Shown here: positions 18,067 to 27,271 of the stretch, piece by piece
Position numbering within the stretch: the first letter of the stretch is position 1
Layout: each line of letters starts with the position of its first letter
Virus record (IMG/VR): IMGVR_UViG_3300033405_000003
Source of the DNA: a virus
Lineage: Duplodnaviria; Caudoviricetes
Strand: one strand, 5' to 3'
Length of the DNA stretch: 64,000 nucleotides
Made by a program: the position numbers and the translations under genes
The notes under the pieces: model-generated
Database searches by the model: none
Seen by the model: only the letters and a program-made list of their open reading frames with translations
What the model was told of the DNA's origin: nothing

Positions 18067-18496
18067 CCGCCTCGCCGAGCAGCTCGCAGTTCGCGTAGGC
18101 TGCGAGGTACAAGAGGACCACGAGGCAGAGGATGGCGACACGGCGAAGGACCACGACGCGGGAAGATAGCGGCGATCCGTTCGTCGTGCGGGAGATGCGC
18201 GGGCGCTGGTTCGTGCTCGCGGGATCCGCGGCCGTGAGCGACTGGCCCGAGGAGAGCCAGGCGATCGAGGCCGCGCGGCAACTGAACCGCGAGAACCGCG
18301 AGGGCATCGAGCGGTTCACGGCGGAAGACTTGCTCGTCCCGCTGCACCCCACCGACTGCCGCGAGTGCGGCGGCTGCGGGTGGTGGCAGGACGGGCGGAG
18401 CCGGTGGCCTTGCGCGTGCAACCCGAACCGACTCCCGGCGGGCGAATGTTTCCGCCTCCGGGACGAGAGGCGCGCCGCGCACGCGAAGAAGGCGCA

Positions 18497-18910
18497 GTGA
18501 AGAAGGGCTTCCCGCTCCTCGACAAGTGGGACGGCACCGCGGAGGGCAAGTCGCGCCTCCACCGCGACGCGCAGGTTGTCCTCCGCGCGCTGGCGAAGGA
18601 GCTGGAGTTCAAGAAGAACGAGTTCCGCGTCCGCTCGAACCCGATGGGTCCCGCGATCGGTGGCACCATCCACCTGGAGGCGCCGACGGTGCGCATGTGG
18701 ATCGACGGCGGCTACGGCTTCGCGCCTTGGGGCAAGACGGAGCGCGACCCGAGCGAGCGCGTGGATAGCCATGCGATGGCGCGGCGGCTCAAGGATGGCA
18801 AAGACGTGGACTTCGATCATGATCTCGCGGTGGACTGGGAGCTTCTCTGGGATCCGGCGAAGCTCGCGGAGGTACTCCGGCTCGAAGGATTCTGCGCCGA
18901 CCGGGAGTGA
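18497..18910 (+). CDS. Conserved phage hypothetical protein
   Basis: LRALAKEL...VRSNPMGPAIGGTIHL. Confidence 0.6.
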   Translation: MKKGFPLLDKWDGTAEGKSRLHRDAQVVLRALAKELEFKKNEFRVRSNPMGPAIGGTIHLEAPTVRMWIDGGYGFAPWGKTERDPSERVDSHAMARRLKDGKDVDFDHDLAVDWELLWDPAKLAEVLRLEGFCADRE

Positions 18911-19522
18911 TGGTACGATCGAGGCGCGATGGGTGCGCCGAGTAGACCCGTGATCCACATCATCAACGAGGCCGCGAGCCCAAGCTCGGAGATGACGACG
19001 ACGATGTGGTGCGGCGCGATGTGCGTCGAGCTGTTCGACGGCGGGCGGACGCCCGGGATCGATTACTGCTGGGAGGCGCAGGCCGAGACCTCGACGTGTG
19101 CGGAGTGCATCACCGCGTTCGCGCGGCGGGTGGTCTCGCTTTGAACCCGCGGCCCGGCCGGCGGACCGTGGCGCTCCGGAAGCTCTACGTCTTCACGGTC
19201 GAGCGCCTCGAGACGGTGGACCCGGCGGGCAAGGAGGGATGGGCGAGGTGCGGGATGGTTCTCCTGCCCGACTACGCCACGCGCCGGGAGCTTGCGCACG
19301 CGCTCCTCGTCTTCGGGCTGCCCGCGCCGCAGGCGGCGGACCGCGTCGTCTGGGACTACGACGCGAGCGGGTGGGTGCCGGGGTGCGCCAGCTCGCCGCT
19401 CCCGAGGCCGTGGGCACGAATCCTCCTGCCCGACGGGACGCCGCTCGTCCGGCTCACAGTGGCGGCGAAGAAGAATCTCGCGGAGTTGGGCCGCGGGGAG
19501 CCCTCGGCGTAGAATCCGAAGC

Positions 19523-20266
19523 ATGGCTCTCGTGGAGATTCGGCGTGGGTTCTACCTGGAGACCGAACCGGTGGAGCACGAGCCCGGGTGCGTGCGGCTC
19601 GACGCGGAGCCCGGCCCCGCTTTCCGCGACTACCTGCTGCCGCGCCTCCAGCAAAGCCGCGACGAGGCGAGCGCGGAGGTCCTCGCGGCCGTGCGCGCGG
19701 GCCGGCCGTTCGGGGACGCCGTGCTCGACGCGATCGAGTCGCTCCCCGCGCACAAGACGCGCGCCCTGAGGGAATGGGTCGAGGAGGCGAGGGCGACGCG
19801 GATCTACGCGTACGTCGAGTTCTACGGCCGGAGCCGCATGACGTACGGCCTGATGAAGACGGCAGGCGGCCCGCGGGACAAGGTGCTCGACAGCGAGGAG
19901 ATCGAGACCGTCGGCCTGAGCGACGACTTCGCCACGTTCCAGGATTTCCCAAGTGCGCTCGACGAGCTGCGCAAGGCGGGGCGCCAGGGAAGCTCCCCGT
20001 ACTTCGAGGACGTCCCCTTCGTGCTCGTGGAGAAGAAGCGGGACTATGACGAGGCGCTCAAGGCCCTCGGCATCGCGCCGGAGGACGGGGCGTGGGAGAA
20101 GGCAGGGCTCTACGATTTCCGCGACGAGCCCCCCACGTTCGGGTGGACGGAGGAGGACTACTTGAGCCAGTCGATGAGGGATGAGGCCGAGCAAGCCTTC
20201 GACATGATGTACCAGGACGACGAGTGGCAGCACGTCTGCGAGAGGCTCCTCGAAGGGTACCCCTGA
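19523..20266 (+). CDS. Hypothetical protein sharing a segment with 54562-55029
   Basis: DAVLDAIESLPAHKTRALREWV. Confidence 0.65.
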   Translation: MALVEIRRGFYLETEPVEHEPGCVRLDAEPGPAFRDYLLPRLQQSRDEASAEVLAAVRAGRPFGDAVLDAIESLPAHKTRALREWVEEARATRIYAYVEFYGRSRMTYGLMKTAGGPRDKVLDSEEIETVGLSDDFATFQDFPSALDELRKAGRQGSSPYFEDVPFVLVEKKRDYDEALKALGIAPEDGAWEKAGLYDFRDEPPTFGWTEEDYLSQSMRDEAEQAFDMMYQDDEWQHVCERLLEGYP

Positions 20267-20318
20267 TTCTCTTTTTTTGATTTTACTCGGCCCGGCAACG
20301 GCCGCGCGGCCAGGAAAT

Positions 20319-20342
20319 AAAAAAGGGACGTGAAGCGTCCCT
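20319..20342 (-). terminator. Intrinsic terminator facing the minus strand
   Basis: AAAAAA-GGGACG-tgaag-CGTCCC: hairpin with U-tract on the minus strand. Confidence 0.6.
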
Positions 20343-20536
20343 CGAACTAAGGCGGCGCAACCTCGCGTCGCTACTGGACTTGCCTGCCGGCGTGCCGAGC
20401 GCGCGACGATCGAGAAACTTTTTTGTTGTTGACCGGGCGCGAAAAGAGCCGCTAGAGGAACGAGTGCGTGGCGGCGACTCTGCTTCCACGATCCGGCGCG
20501 GAAACTAGGTAGGGCGCCGGGAACAGCAAAGGGGTT

Positions 20537-21364
20537 TTGACCAAACCGTTCGCGAAAGCAGCCGGCGGGAAGACGAAGCTCGTCCCGACGATCCTGGCAC
20601 ACGTCCCGGCGTTCACGGGGCTCTACCACGAGCCGTTCGTGGGCGGCGGCGCCGTGTTCCTGGCCCTCCACGGCAAGCTCGGCCCGGCGCGTGCGGGCAG
20701 GACGTGGGCGATCCTGAACGACGACAACCCGGAGCTTATGAACGCATACTCCGTGGTGAAGACGAACACGCAAGCATTGGTCCGTAGATTGCAATCTATG
20801 GCAAAGAAGCATTCGAAAGAAACGTATTATTCAATCAGGGGAAAGGAAGAAGAGGAGCCCGTCGCCCGCGCGGCGCGGTTCCTGTACCTCAACAAGACCT
20901 GCTTCAACGGGCTCTACCGCGTGAACGCCGAGGGCAAGTTCAACGTGCCGATCGGCTCGTACAAGAACCCATCGATCGTCGAGCCCGAGATCATGGAGCA
21001 CTGGCGCGGCGCGCTCGCGGGCGCGAAGCTCTACTCCGAGGACTTCTCCTACAGGCTCGCGGAGGCCAAGAAGGACGACCTCGTGTACGCGGACCCGCCG
21101 TACCTGCCGCGGAGCAAGACGGCAGACTTCACGTCGTACACGGCGAACAAATTCGCGATGAAGGACCACGAGAGGCTTGCCAACGCGCTCGCTAATGTGC
21201 ATAAGCGTGGCGCTAAATTCATATGCAGCCAAGGCGACTCGGAGACAATCCGGGCCCTTTACAAGCAATTCATGATCATACCCGTATCGGTGAAGCACAT
21301 GGTGGGCGCGAAGGCGTCCTCGCGGGTGGCGGTGCGAGAACTACTCATCAAGAACTTCGACTGA
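20537..21364 (+). CDS. dam: Dam-family (D12 class) N6-adenine DNA methyltransferase
   Basis: AGGKTKL, EPFVGGGAVF, YLNKTCFNGLYRVN, YADPPY; TTG start. Confidence 0.9.
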   Translation: MTKPFAKAAGGKTKLVPTILAHVPAFTGLYHEPFVGGGAVFLALHGKLGPARAGRTWAILNDDNPELMNAYSVVKTNTQALVRRLQSMAKKHSKETYYSIRGKEEEEPVARAARFLYLNKTCFNGLYRVNAEGKFNVPIGSYKNPSIVEPEIMEHWRGALAGAKLYSEDFSYRLAEAKKDDLVYADPPYLPRSKTADFTSYTANKFAMKDHERLANALANVHKRGAKFICSQGDSETIRALYKQFMIIPVSVKHMVGAKASSRVAVRELLIKNFD

Positions 21365-21372
21365 GAGGGAAG

Positions 21373-21870
21373 ATGGACAGCCTGGACCAAGAGATCAGAA
21401 GCATCATCGAAAGCTCCGCGGAGGAGTTCGCGGCGGCCGTCGCCTCGAGCGTGCTCTCCGTGATCCGGGCCTGCACGCTCGAGGAGCTTGCCGCGGTCCT
21501 CGACGGGGCCGGCGGCGCGCCGCGGAGGGCGGCGGGAACGAAAGGGCACCGCCCGCGCGGGCAGAAGTCCGGCAAACGCGTCCGCCGCACGATGGGCGAC
21601 ATCATGGCGCTCGTCGAGATGATCGCCGCGCTCGTGCAGAAGCGCGAGGGAGGCGCGACGGCCGAGCAGATCCGCACGCTCCTCGGCGTCGAGAGGAAGG
21701 AGCTTCCCCGGGCGCTCCGCGAGGGTCTGAAGACGAAGCTCCTCACGAAGCGTGGGCACAAGCGCGCGACCACGTACTTCGCCGGCGCAGGCGCGAAGGC
21801 GAAGAGCAAGAAGCACGTGGCGCCGAACAAGGCGCACAAGGGAATGAACGGGGCGGCCTCGGCCGCCTAG
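21373..21870 (+). CDS. Basic winged-helix/nucleoid-type DNA-binding protein (myxobacterial-like family)
   Basis: RRT...AEQIRTLLGVERKELPRALREGL...KRGHKRATTYF; paralog at 47228. Confidence 0.7.
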   Translation: MDSLDQEIRSIIESSAEEFAAAVASSVLSVIRACTLEELAAVLDGAGGAPRRAAGTKGHRPRGQKSGKRVRRTMGDIMALVEMIAALVQKREGGATAEQIRTLLGVERKELPRALREGLKTKLLTKRGHKRATTYFAGAGAKAKSKKHVAPNKAHKGMNGAASAA

Positions 21871-21879
21871 GAGAGCACC

Positions 21880-22398
21880 ATGGCAGAGAAAGAGCTGACG
21901 ATCGCGCAGGCGCTGCGCAAGATCAAAGACTTGAAGGGCAAGATCGCGCGCCATAGCCAGAACGCGCAGGCGAGCGTGACGCACAAGACGAAGGACGAGC
22001 CCGCCTACGCCTTCGGCGCCGAGTGGGAGAAGGCGACGACGCTCGTCGACGAGATGATCGATCTCCAGACGCGTGTCGGGACCGCGAACGCGGGCACGAC
22101 CTTCGACTACGAGGGCAAGCGCCGCTCGCTGCTCTGGTGTACGAAGAAGCTCGCGGAGCTGAAGGGCGCGATCGCGTGGCACCAGGGCCTCCAGGTCCGC
22201 GCGAAGGGCAAGACGACCGAGGACGAGATGCAGTGGCAGCGCGTGGCGGGCGGCGGCGCGGAGCACGTCCGCGCCGAGGTGGAGTACACGTGCCACCTGC
22301 CCGAGGCCGAGAGGGCCGCGCGCGTGCAGGCGCTCGAGCAGAAGTTCGCCGAGCTGAACGACCTCGTCGAGACGATGAACCACCGCACGGCCATCTGA
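21880..22398 (+). CDS. DIP1984-like coiled-coil protein
   Basis: LTIAQALRKIKDLKGKI...DEPAY...MIDLQTRVGTAN...LNDLVETMNHRT matches the recalled family pattern. Confidence 0.6.
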   Translation: MAEKELTIAQALRKIKDLKGKIARHSQNAQASVTHKTKDEPAYAFGAEWEKATTLVDEMIDLQTRVGTANAGTTFDYEGKRRSLLWCTKKLAELKGAIAWHQGLQVRAKGKTTEDEMQWQRVAGGGAEHVRAEVEYTCHLPEAERAARVQALEQKFAELNDLVETMNHRTAI

Positions 22399-22415
22399 GC
22401 CGCGCGGTGGAAGGC

Positions 22416-22640
22416 TCCGGGGACGGGAGCCGAGAGGAGAACCGGAAGGAAGAGCAACTCTAGGCTCACCACCTGGATACAGCAGGGAGCGATCCCCGCC
22501 ATACCGCCTATATCGGCACCGGCACCCGCGGTCAGCGGTCAGACGCAGCGAGCATTGAGCACCAAGCCAGCAGCGATCAGGCGCCAGCAGTCAGCAAAAG
22601 CCTCTCCCACCCGATTCGAATCGAAGTTCCCGTCCCCGGA
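22416..22640 (+). ncRNA. Putative structured ncRNA or 3' RNA element with long closing stem and AG(C) heptamer array
   Basis: TCCGGGGACGGGA (22416-28) pairs perfectly with TCCCGTCCCCGGA (22628-40); GGGA-GCGA-TCCC hairpin; AG every 7 nt from 22551 to 22593. Confidence 0.65.
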
Positions 22641-22661
22641 CACTCCCAAAGAGAAGACGAC

Positions 22662-23057
22662 ATGGCAGCAGACACGACGATGACCATCCCCCTCGACCCC
22701 ACGACCGAGCGCGAGTTCGGCCGCACGGAGTTCGCGCCCGAGGAGCGCGAGCGGATGCTCGCGCGCATGACCGAGATCAAGGACTCGTTCTACGCCGCGG
22801 CGCAGCGCGCCGGCCACCACCAGTTCCTCGAGTTCGCGGGCCTCATGTCCGAGTACATCAAGGCGTGCGAGCGGATGCACCGGGCCGGCGTTGACTTCGG
22901 CACGGTCGACGTCGATCTCAAGGAGCACGAGGCCGAGTACATCGCGGAGAAGCTCGACTGCATCTTCGGGCAGGCGCTCGTGGACAAGAAGACGCGCGCG
23001 GCGTTCCTCGGCGCCCTGGCGGCGAAAGGCGGCTGGCCCGACAAGAAGATCTGGTGA
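22662..23057 (+). CDS. Hypothetical phage protein
   Basis: HQFLEFAGLMSEYIKAC...YIAEKLDCIFG. Confidence 0.7.
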   Translation: MAADTTMTIPLDPTTEREFGRTEFAPEERERMLARMTEIKDSFYAAAQRAGHHQFLEFAGLMSEYIKACERMHRAGVDFGTVDVDLKEHEAEYIAEKLDCIFGQALVDKKTRAAFLGALAAKGGWPDKKIW

Positions 23058-23156
23058 GGGGGCGAAGAAGTCGTGACAGGCAACTAGGCCCGTTACGGTG
23101 TGCGTGGCTACACCCTTAGCCACGGTCTGGTACGAGAATCAGGAGACATCCCAATC

Positions 23157-23738
23157 ATGGCAAAAGACAACAAGATGCAGGCAGCACCGGCGGGAACCAC
23201 GGGCGCAAGCGCCCCGAGCAGCCCGGCCGACGACGACATGGTGGAGTGGCACGGTCAGTTCGGCGGCAGCGTCGACGGCTGGTGGGCACCCCCCCCGGAC
23301 GCGACGGCGACGATCACGGGCATCCTCGTGAACTTCGTCGACAAGAACCGGAGCGAGAAGCTCCAGTCCAACTCGCTCGTGTTCGAGGTGACCGAAGGCG
23401 CAGACCACGTCAAGAACGGCGGCTCCAGCAAGGTGCCGGGCGCGAAGGGCGACGGCAAGCTCCACAAGGTCGGCAAGGGCACGAACGTGGCGGTCCCCGA
23501 GTGGAAGCTCCTCATCGGCCTCTGGCCGGCGAAGGCTGGCCACAAGGTGACGATCACGCGCGGGCCGCGCCGCGACATCGGCAAGGGACGCAAGATGTAC
23601 GACATGCCGATCCCGCCGAAGGTCTCGAAGGCGCCGCACCGCCACATCGAGATCAGCGAGGTGCACGGCGTGGGCGACGCGGCGACGGAGAACCTGGCCG
23701 GAGACCCGGGTTTCCAGGTCGACGCGGCGGAGGCCTAG
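23157..23738 (+). CDS. Putative OB-fold ssDNA-binding-like protein
   Basis: GWW...ITGIL...GHKVTIT beta pattern, acidic tail, AGGAG SD. Confidence 0.45.
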   Translation: MAKDNKMQAAPAGTTGASAPSSPADDDMVEWHGQFGGSVDGWWAPPPDATATITGILVNFVDKNRSEKLQSNSLVFEVTEGADHVKNGGSSKVPGAKGDGKLHKVGKGTNVAVPEWKLLIGLWPAKAGHKVTITRGPRRDIGKGRKMYDMPIPPKVSKAPHRHIEISEVHGVGDAATENLAGDPGFQVDAAEA

Positions 23739-23868
23739 GCGAGGTAGATCGGGAAGAGTGACCGCGGGACGCCGAACGCGTTCCGCGGTCGTCCGCCCTG
23801 ATGCCTGGAAGAGGGAGCCGCAACGCGCGACTCCTTCTCCCGGTCACCAGCCAGCGAGAGGATGAGAA

Positions 23869-24357
23869 ATGGGAAAGGACATTTACGTGGCGGGCGCCTC
23901 GGCGCAGATCGAGCAGGTCGAGACGTACCTCGCAAAGCTCCGCGCGGCGGGCTGGTCGATCACGTTCGACTGGACCGCCAAGGTGCGCGAGGTCGGCAAC
24001 GCGTCGCCGGACGACCTGAAGATCCGGCGCGCAGCCGCCATCGCGGACCTGAAGGGCGTCGCCGGCGCGGGCGTGCTCTGGCTCATGCAGCCCGAGCCCA
24101 CGTCCACGTCGACCGGGGCCTGGGTGGAGCTTGGCGCGGCGATCACGAGGCGGGACATCTACCGCGCGATCGAGCGCGAGGGACGGACCGACCCGGAGGC
24201 GACGATGCCGAGCCTCCCCCAGCCGCTCAGGGACGTCGTCGTGGTCGCGTCGGGGGCCTCGAAGAAGTGCATCTTCTCGGACCTCGCGGACCACAAGTTC
24301 GAGTCGCACGACGAGGCGTTCGCGTTCATCACGAAGAACCTCGGCGCCGCGGGCTGA
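23869..24357 (+). CDS. Nucleoside 2-deoxyribosyltransferase-like protein
   Basis: IYVAG, D-L-x-GV and STGAWVELGAA motifs. Confidence 0.75.
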   Translation: MGKDIYVAGASAQIEQVETYLAKLRAAGWSITFDWTAKVREVGNASPDDLKIRRAAAIADLKGVAGAGVLWLMQPEPTSTSTGAWVELGAAITRRDIYRAIEREGRTDPEATMPSLPQPLRDVVVVASGASKKCIFSDLADHKFESHDEAFAFITKNLGAAG

Positions 24358-24795
24358 CGATGGGGATCAAGGTGAGGAGCGAGATCGAGATCTACGAGGT
24401 CGACGGCAAGGAGACGTCGGCGCTGAGCAGCAAGCGCCCGCACGTCGTCGTCGAGTCGCACTGGAACAGGAGCGAGATGATCGTGGTGACCGTGGACGAC
24501 AAGAAGTACACGATGGTGGCGCGCGACCTCCAGTGCGGGATCACGAACGCCACGAACACGGGCAAGCCGTGACGAGCGCCGAGCAGGCGGCCCCCGAAAC
24601 GAGGCGTGCACCGGAGAACGAGTGGCACGAGCGCGCGAACTGGCTGCCGTCCCGCGAGGAGATGGAAGCCTACCTCGCGCGCGAGGTGGAGATGGCGAAG
24701 CAGAACCTCGGGCGCGGCTTCCCGGCGAGCGTCACGCTGCACTCGCCGAGGACGGTCGCGCTCGCGCAGCAAGCCCTGAAGGAGAACGGCACACC

Positions 24796-25209
24796 ATGAA
24801 CGACGTCGAGACGCTGAACAGGCTGAGGGACGAGGTCTACGCGAACGCGAAGGCGCACGGGTTCCACGACGTCGGCCGGACCGTAGGCGACGGGCTCATG
24901 CTCATCTGCACCGAGGCCTCGGAGGCGTTCGAGGCGTACCGCGAGGGCGGCAAGCCCGCCGAGATGCGCTACGAGTGCAAGCACCCGGACGGCGACTGCG
25001 CCGAGGACGCGTCGGAGCGCTGCCCGGGCGCGGACGACCGCGCGGCGTTCCTCCACAAGCCCGTGGGCGTGCCGAGCGAGATCGCCGACATCATCATCCG
25101 CTGCCTCGACTTCGCAGGGGAGCACGGCATCGACATCGGCCGGGCGGTGCGCCAGAAGATGGAGTTCAACCGGACGCGGCCGTTCAAGCACGGCGGCAAG
25201 ACGCTCTGA
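24796..25209 (+). CDS. MazG-like NTP pyrophosphohydrolase
   Basis: LMLICTEASEAFEAYR, SEIADIIIRCLD, KMEFNRTRPFKHGGK. Confidence 0.85.
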   Translation: MNDVETLNRLRDEVYANAKAHGFHDVGRTVGDGLMLICTEASEAFEAYREGGKPAEMRYECKHPDGDCAEDASERCPGADDRAAFLHKPVGVPSEIADIIIRCLDFAGEHGIDIGRAVRQKMEFNRTRPFKHGGKTL

Positions 25210-25211
25210 GC

Positions 25212-27071
25212 ATGGCCGTGGTCCGCGTCGAGCTTGGGGCGGGTCAAGGCGGCGAGAAGCTCGCGCGCTTCACGCCGCTCTCCGGCAGCCCGGGGCTCTT
25301 CCGGCGGCTGCTCGGGCCCTACGGCCTGCGGGCCGGGAAACCGGCCGCCTACATCGTCAGGCTCGACGCGGCCCTCTCGGCGTGCGGGGCGCTCCAGAAA
25401 CGCGGCGTCGAGCTGCGCGCCAAGAGCGACGTGCCGAAGGTCATCGCGGCGTCGGCGTGGCGGTGCAAGGCCCAAGACCTCTACCCGTACCAGCGCGTCG
25501 GGGCCGAGTACCTGCACTCGCGCCGGCGCGCGATCCTGGCCGACCAGATGGGCACCGGCAAGACGCCGCAGGCCCTCTCCGCGCTCGACCCGAAAAAGGG
25601 CGCGCTGATCGTGGTCCCCTCCGTCGTGTGCAACAACTGGCTCAAGGAAGCCACGCGCTGGCGCAAGGACCTCGCGGTCCGGATCTGGAAGGAGCCGTAC
25701 CCCGTCTTCCCCGAGCCCGGCGAAGCGATCATCGTGACGTACCCGAAGCTCCCGTACGAGAAGCTCGAGAGGCGCTCGCGGTGCCCGTGGTGCGGGGCGC
25801 TCTCGGTCGTGCCGCTCGACGACGAGGAGATGGCGGCGCTCGCCGGCAAGCAGGTCGCCTGGACGGACAAATGCGACCCCGGGCGCGGCGGCAAATGCGC
25901 GAAGCCCGACGGCACCATCGCGGCGCGCAAGTTCGCGCAGCAGGGCAACGCGTGGCCGGAGTGGGTGTGGGTCGGCGAGGCTCCCAAGCACCCCGTGCAG
26001 CTCGTGGTCGACGAGGGGCACTACTGCAAGAACAAGAACGCGCAGCGGACCATCGCGGTGCGGACCATCGCGGCGGCGTGCGCCGCGGGCGACGCCGGGC
26101 GCGGATCGAGCGTGTGGATCCTGACGGGGACGCCGCTCCTCAACGAGCCGCCCGAGATCTGGTCGCTCTGCCAGCTCTTCCCCGGGCAGACCGGGAAGTT
26201 CGACGACGGCGCGTGGGACACCTTCGGGGGCTGGAACGCGTTCCTCGAGATGTTCGGGGGGCGGAAGCTCGTCGTCGGGGGCCAGGCCCGCGGGTACGAG
26301 TGGACCGGCGACCCGACGCCCGCGGCGCGGGACCACCTAGGCTCGGTGATGCTCCGGCGCATGCGCGACGACGTCCTGCCGGACCTGCCGAAGAAGACGC
26401 GCCGCTACGTGGACGTCGCCATCCCGAAGCGGATGCTCTCGAAGGACGCGATGCTCACGGACAACCTGCTCCTGCTCTTCCGGGAGTGGTCCGACGACAA
26501 GGTGCTCGCGGAGTGCGCCGTGGGCGGGGCGCTCTCGATGCTCCGCAAGGAGCTTGCGGCGCTGAAGCTCGAGACGCTCCTCAAGCTCGTGAGGGAGTAC
26601 GAGGAGAACGCCGAGCCCGTCGTCGCGTTCTCGTACCACCGGGACCCGGTCGAGGCGCTCGGCGCGCGCAGGGGCTGGGCGTGCATCACGGGCGGCACGC
26701 CGGACGGCGAGCGCGCGGCGCTCGTGGAGCAGTTCCAGAAGGGCCAGCTCCGCGGGCTCGCGGGCACCATCGGCGCGATGGGCGTGGGGGTCACGCTCAC
26801 GAGGGCCGCGAACGTGCTCTTCCTCGACCGGGACTTCGTGCCGGCGAACAACCTCCAGGCCGAGGACCGGCTCGTGCGCATCTCGCAGACCCGCGGCGTG
26901 ATCGTCACCATCCTGAACGCCCTGCACCCCATCGACGAGCGCGTGGCGATCATCCTCGAGAAGAAGGAGCGGCTGCTCGAGGCGATGGAGTTGTCCGAGG
27001 ACAAGACCGCGGTCCCGCCACCGCCGCCGAACCCGAACGGCCCCCTCTTCGACCGGGGAGCAGAGACATGA
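25212..27071 (+). CDS. SNF2-family helicase/ATPase
   Basis: LYPYQ, LADQMGTGKT, VVDEGHY, LTGTP, MLRR, QAEDR. Confidence 0.9.
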   Translation: MAVVRVELGAGQGGEKLARFTPLSGSPGLFRRLLGPYGLRAGKPAAYIVRLDAALSACGALQKRGVELRAKSDVPKVIAASAWRCKAQDLYPYQRVGAEYLHSRRRAILADQMGTGKTPQALSALDPKKGALIVVPSVVCNNWLKEATRWRKDLAVRIWKEPYPVFPEPGEAIIVTYPKLPYEKLERRSRCPWCGALSVVPLDDEEMAALAGKQVAWTDKCDPGRGGKCAKPDGTIAARKFAQQGNAWPEWVWVGEAPKHPVQLVVDEGHYCKNKNAQRTIAVRTIAAACAAGDAGRGSSVWILTGTPLLNEPPEIWSLCQLFPGQTGKFDDGAWDTFGGWNAFLEMFGGRKLVVGGQARGYEWTGDPTPAARDHLGSVMLRRMRDDVLPDLPKKTRRYVDVAIPKRMLSKDAMLTDNLLLLFREWSDDKVLAECAVGGALSMLRKELAALKLETLLKLVREYEENAEPVVAFSYHRDPVEALGARRGWACITGGTPDGERAALVEQFQKGQLRGLAGTIGAMGVGVTLTRAANVLFLDRDFVPANNLQAEDRLVRISQTRGVIVTILNALHPIDERVAIILEKKERLLEAMELSEDKTAVPPPPPNPNGPLFDRGAET

Positions 27072-27271
27072 GCAAGGCGTGGACGGAGCCCGGGCAGTGC
27101 TCGAGCTGCAAGCACTGCTCGATGGACATGGACATGTCGCCGTTCTGCGTGCACCCCGAGGTCTTGAAGTTCTTCCGCTACGGCGTGAACCTCACGAAGG
27201 CCGTCGCGGAGTTCTGCGGGGAAGACCTCAAGCTGCGCGAAGAGAGAAAAGAAGGAGAACAGGATCGATGA
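27068..27271 (+). CDS. Small Cys-rich protein; C-terminal half also occurs at 33678-33781
   Basis: CSSCKHC...FRYGVNLTKAVAEFCGEDLKLRE. Confidence 0.6.
   Translation: MSKAWTEPGQCSSCKHCSMDMDMSPFCVHPEVLKFFRYGVNLTKAVAEFCGEDLKLREERKEGEQDR

Noticed and set aside
22600-22640. tRNA suggested by TTCGAAT
   Set aside because: No cloverleaf, acceptor stem or G-C closed T-arm; treated as part of the larger RNA.
23790-23870. Hammerhead ribozyme suggested by CTGATG
   Set aside because: Core reads CTGATGC rather than CTGATGA and the stems do not fit.
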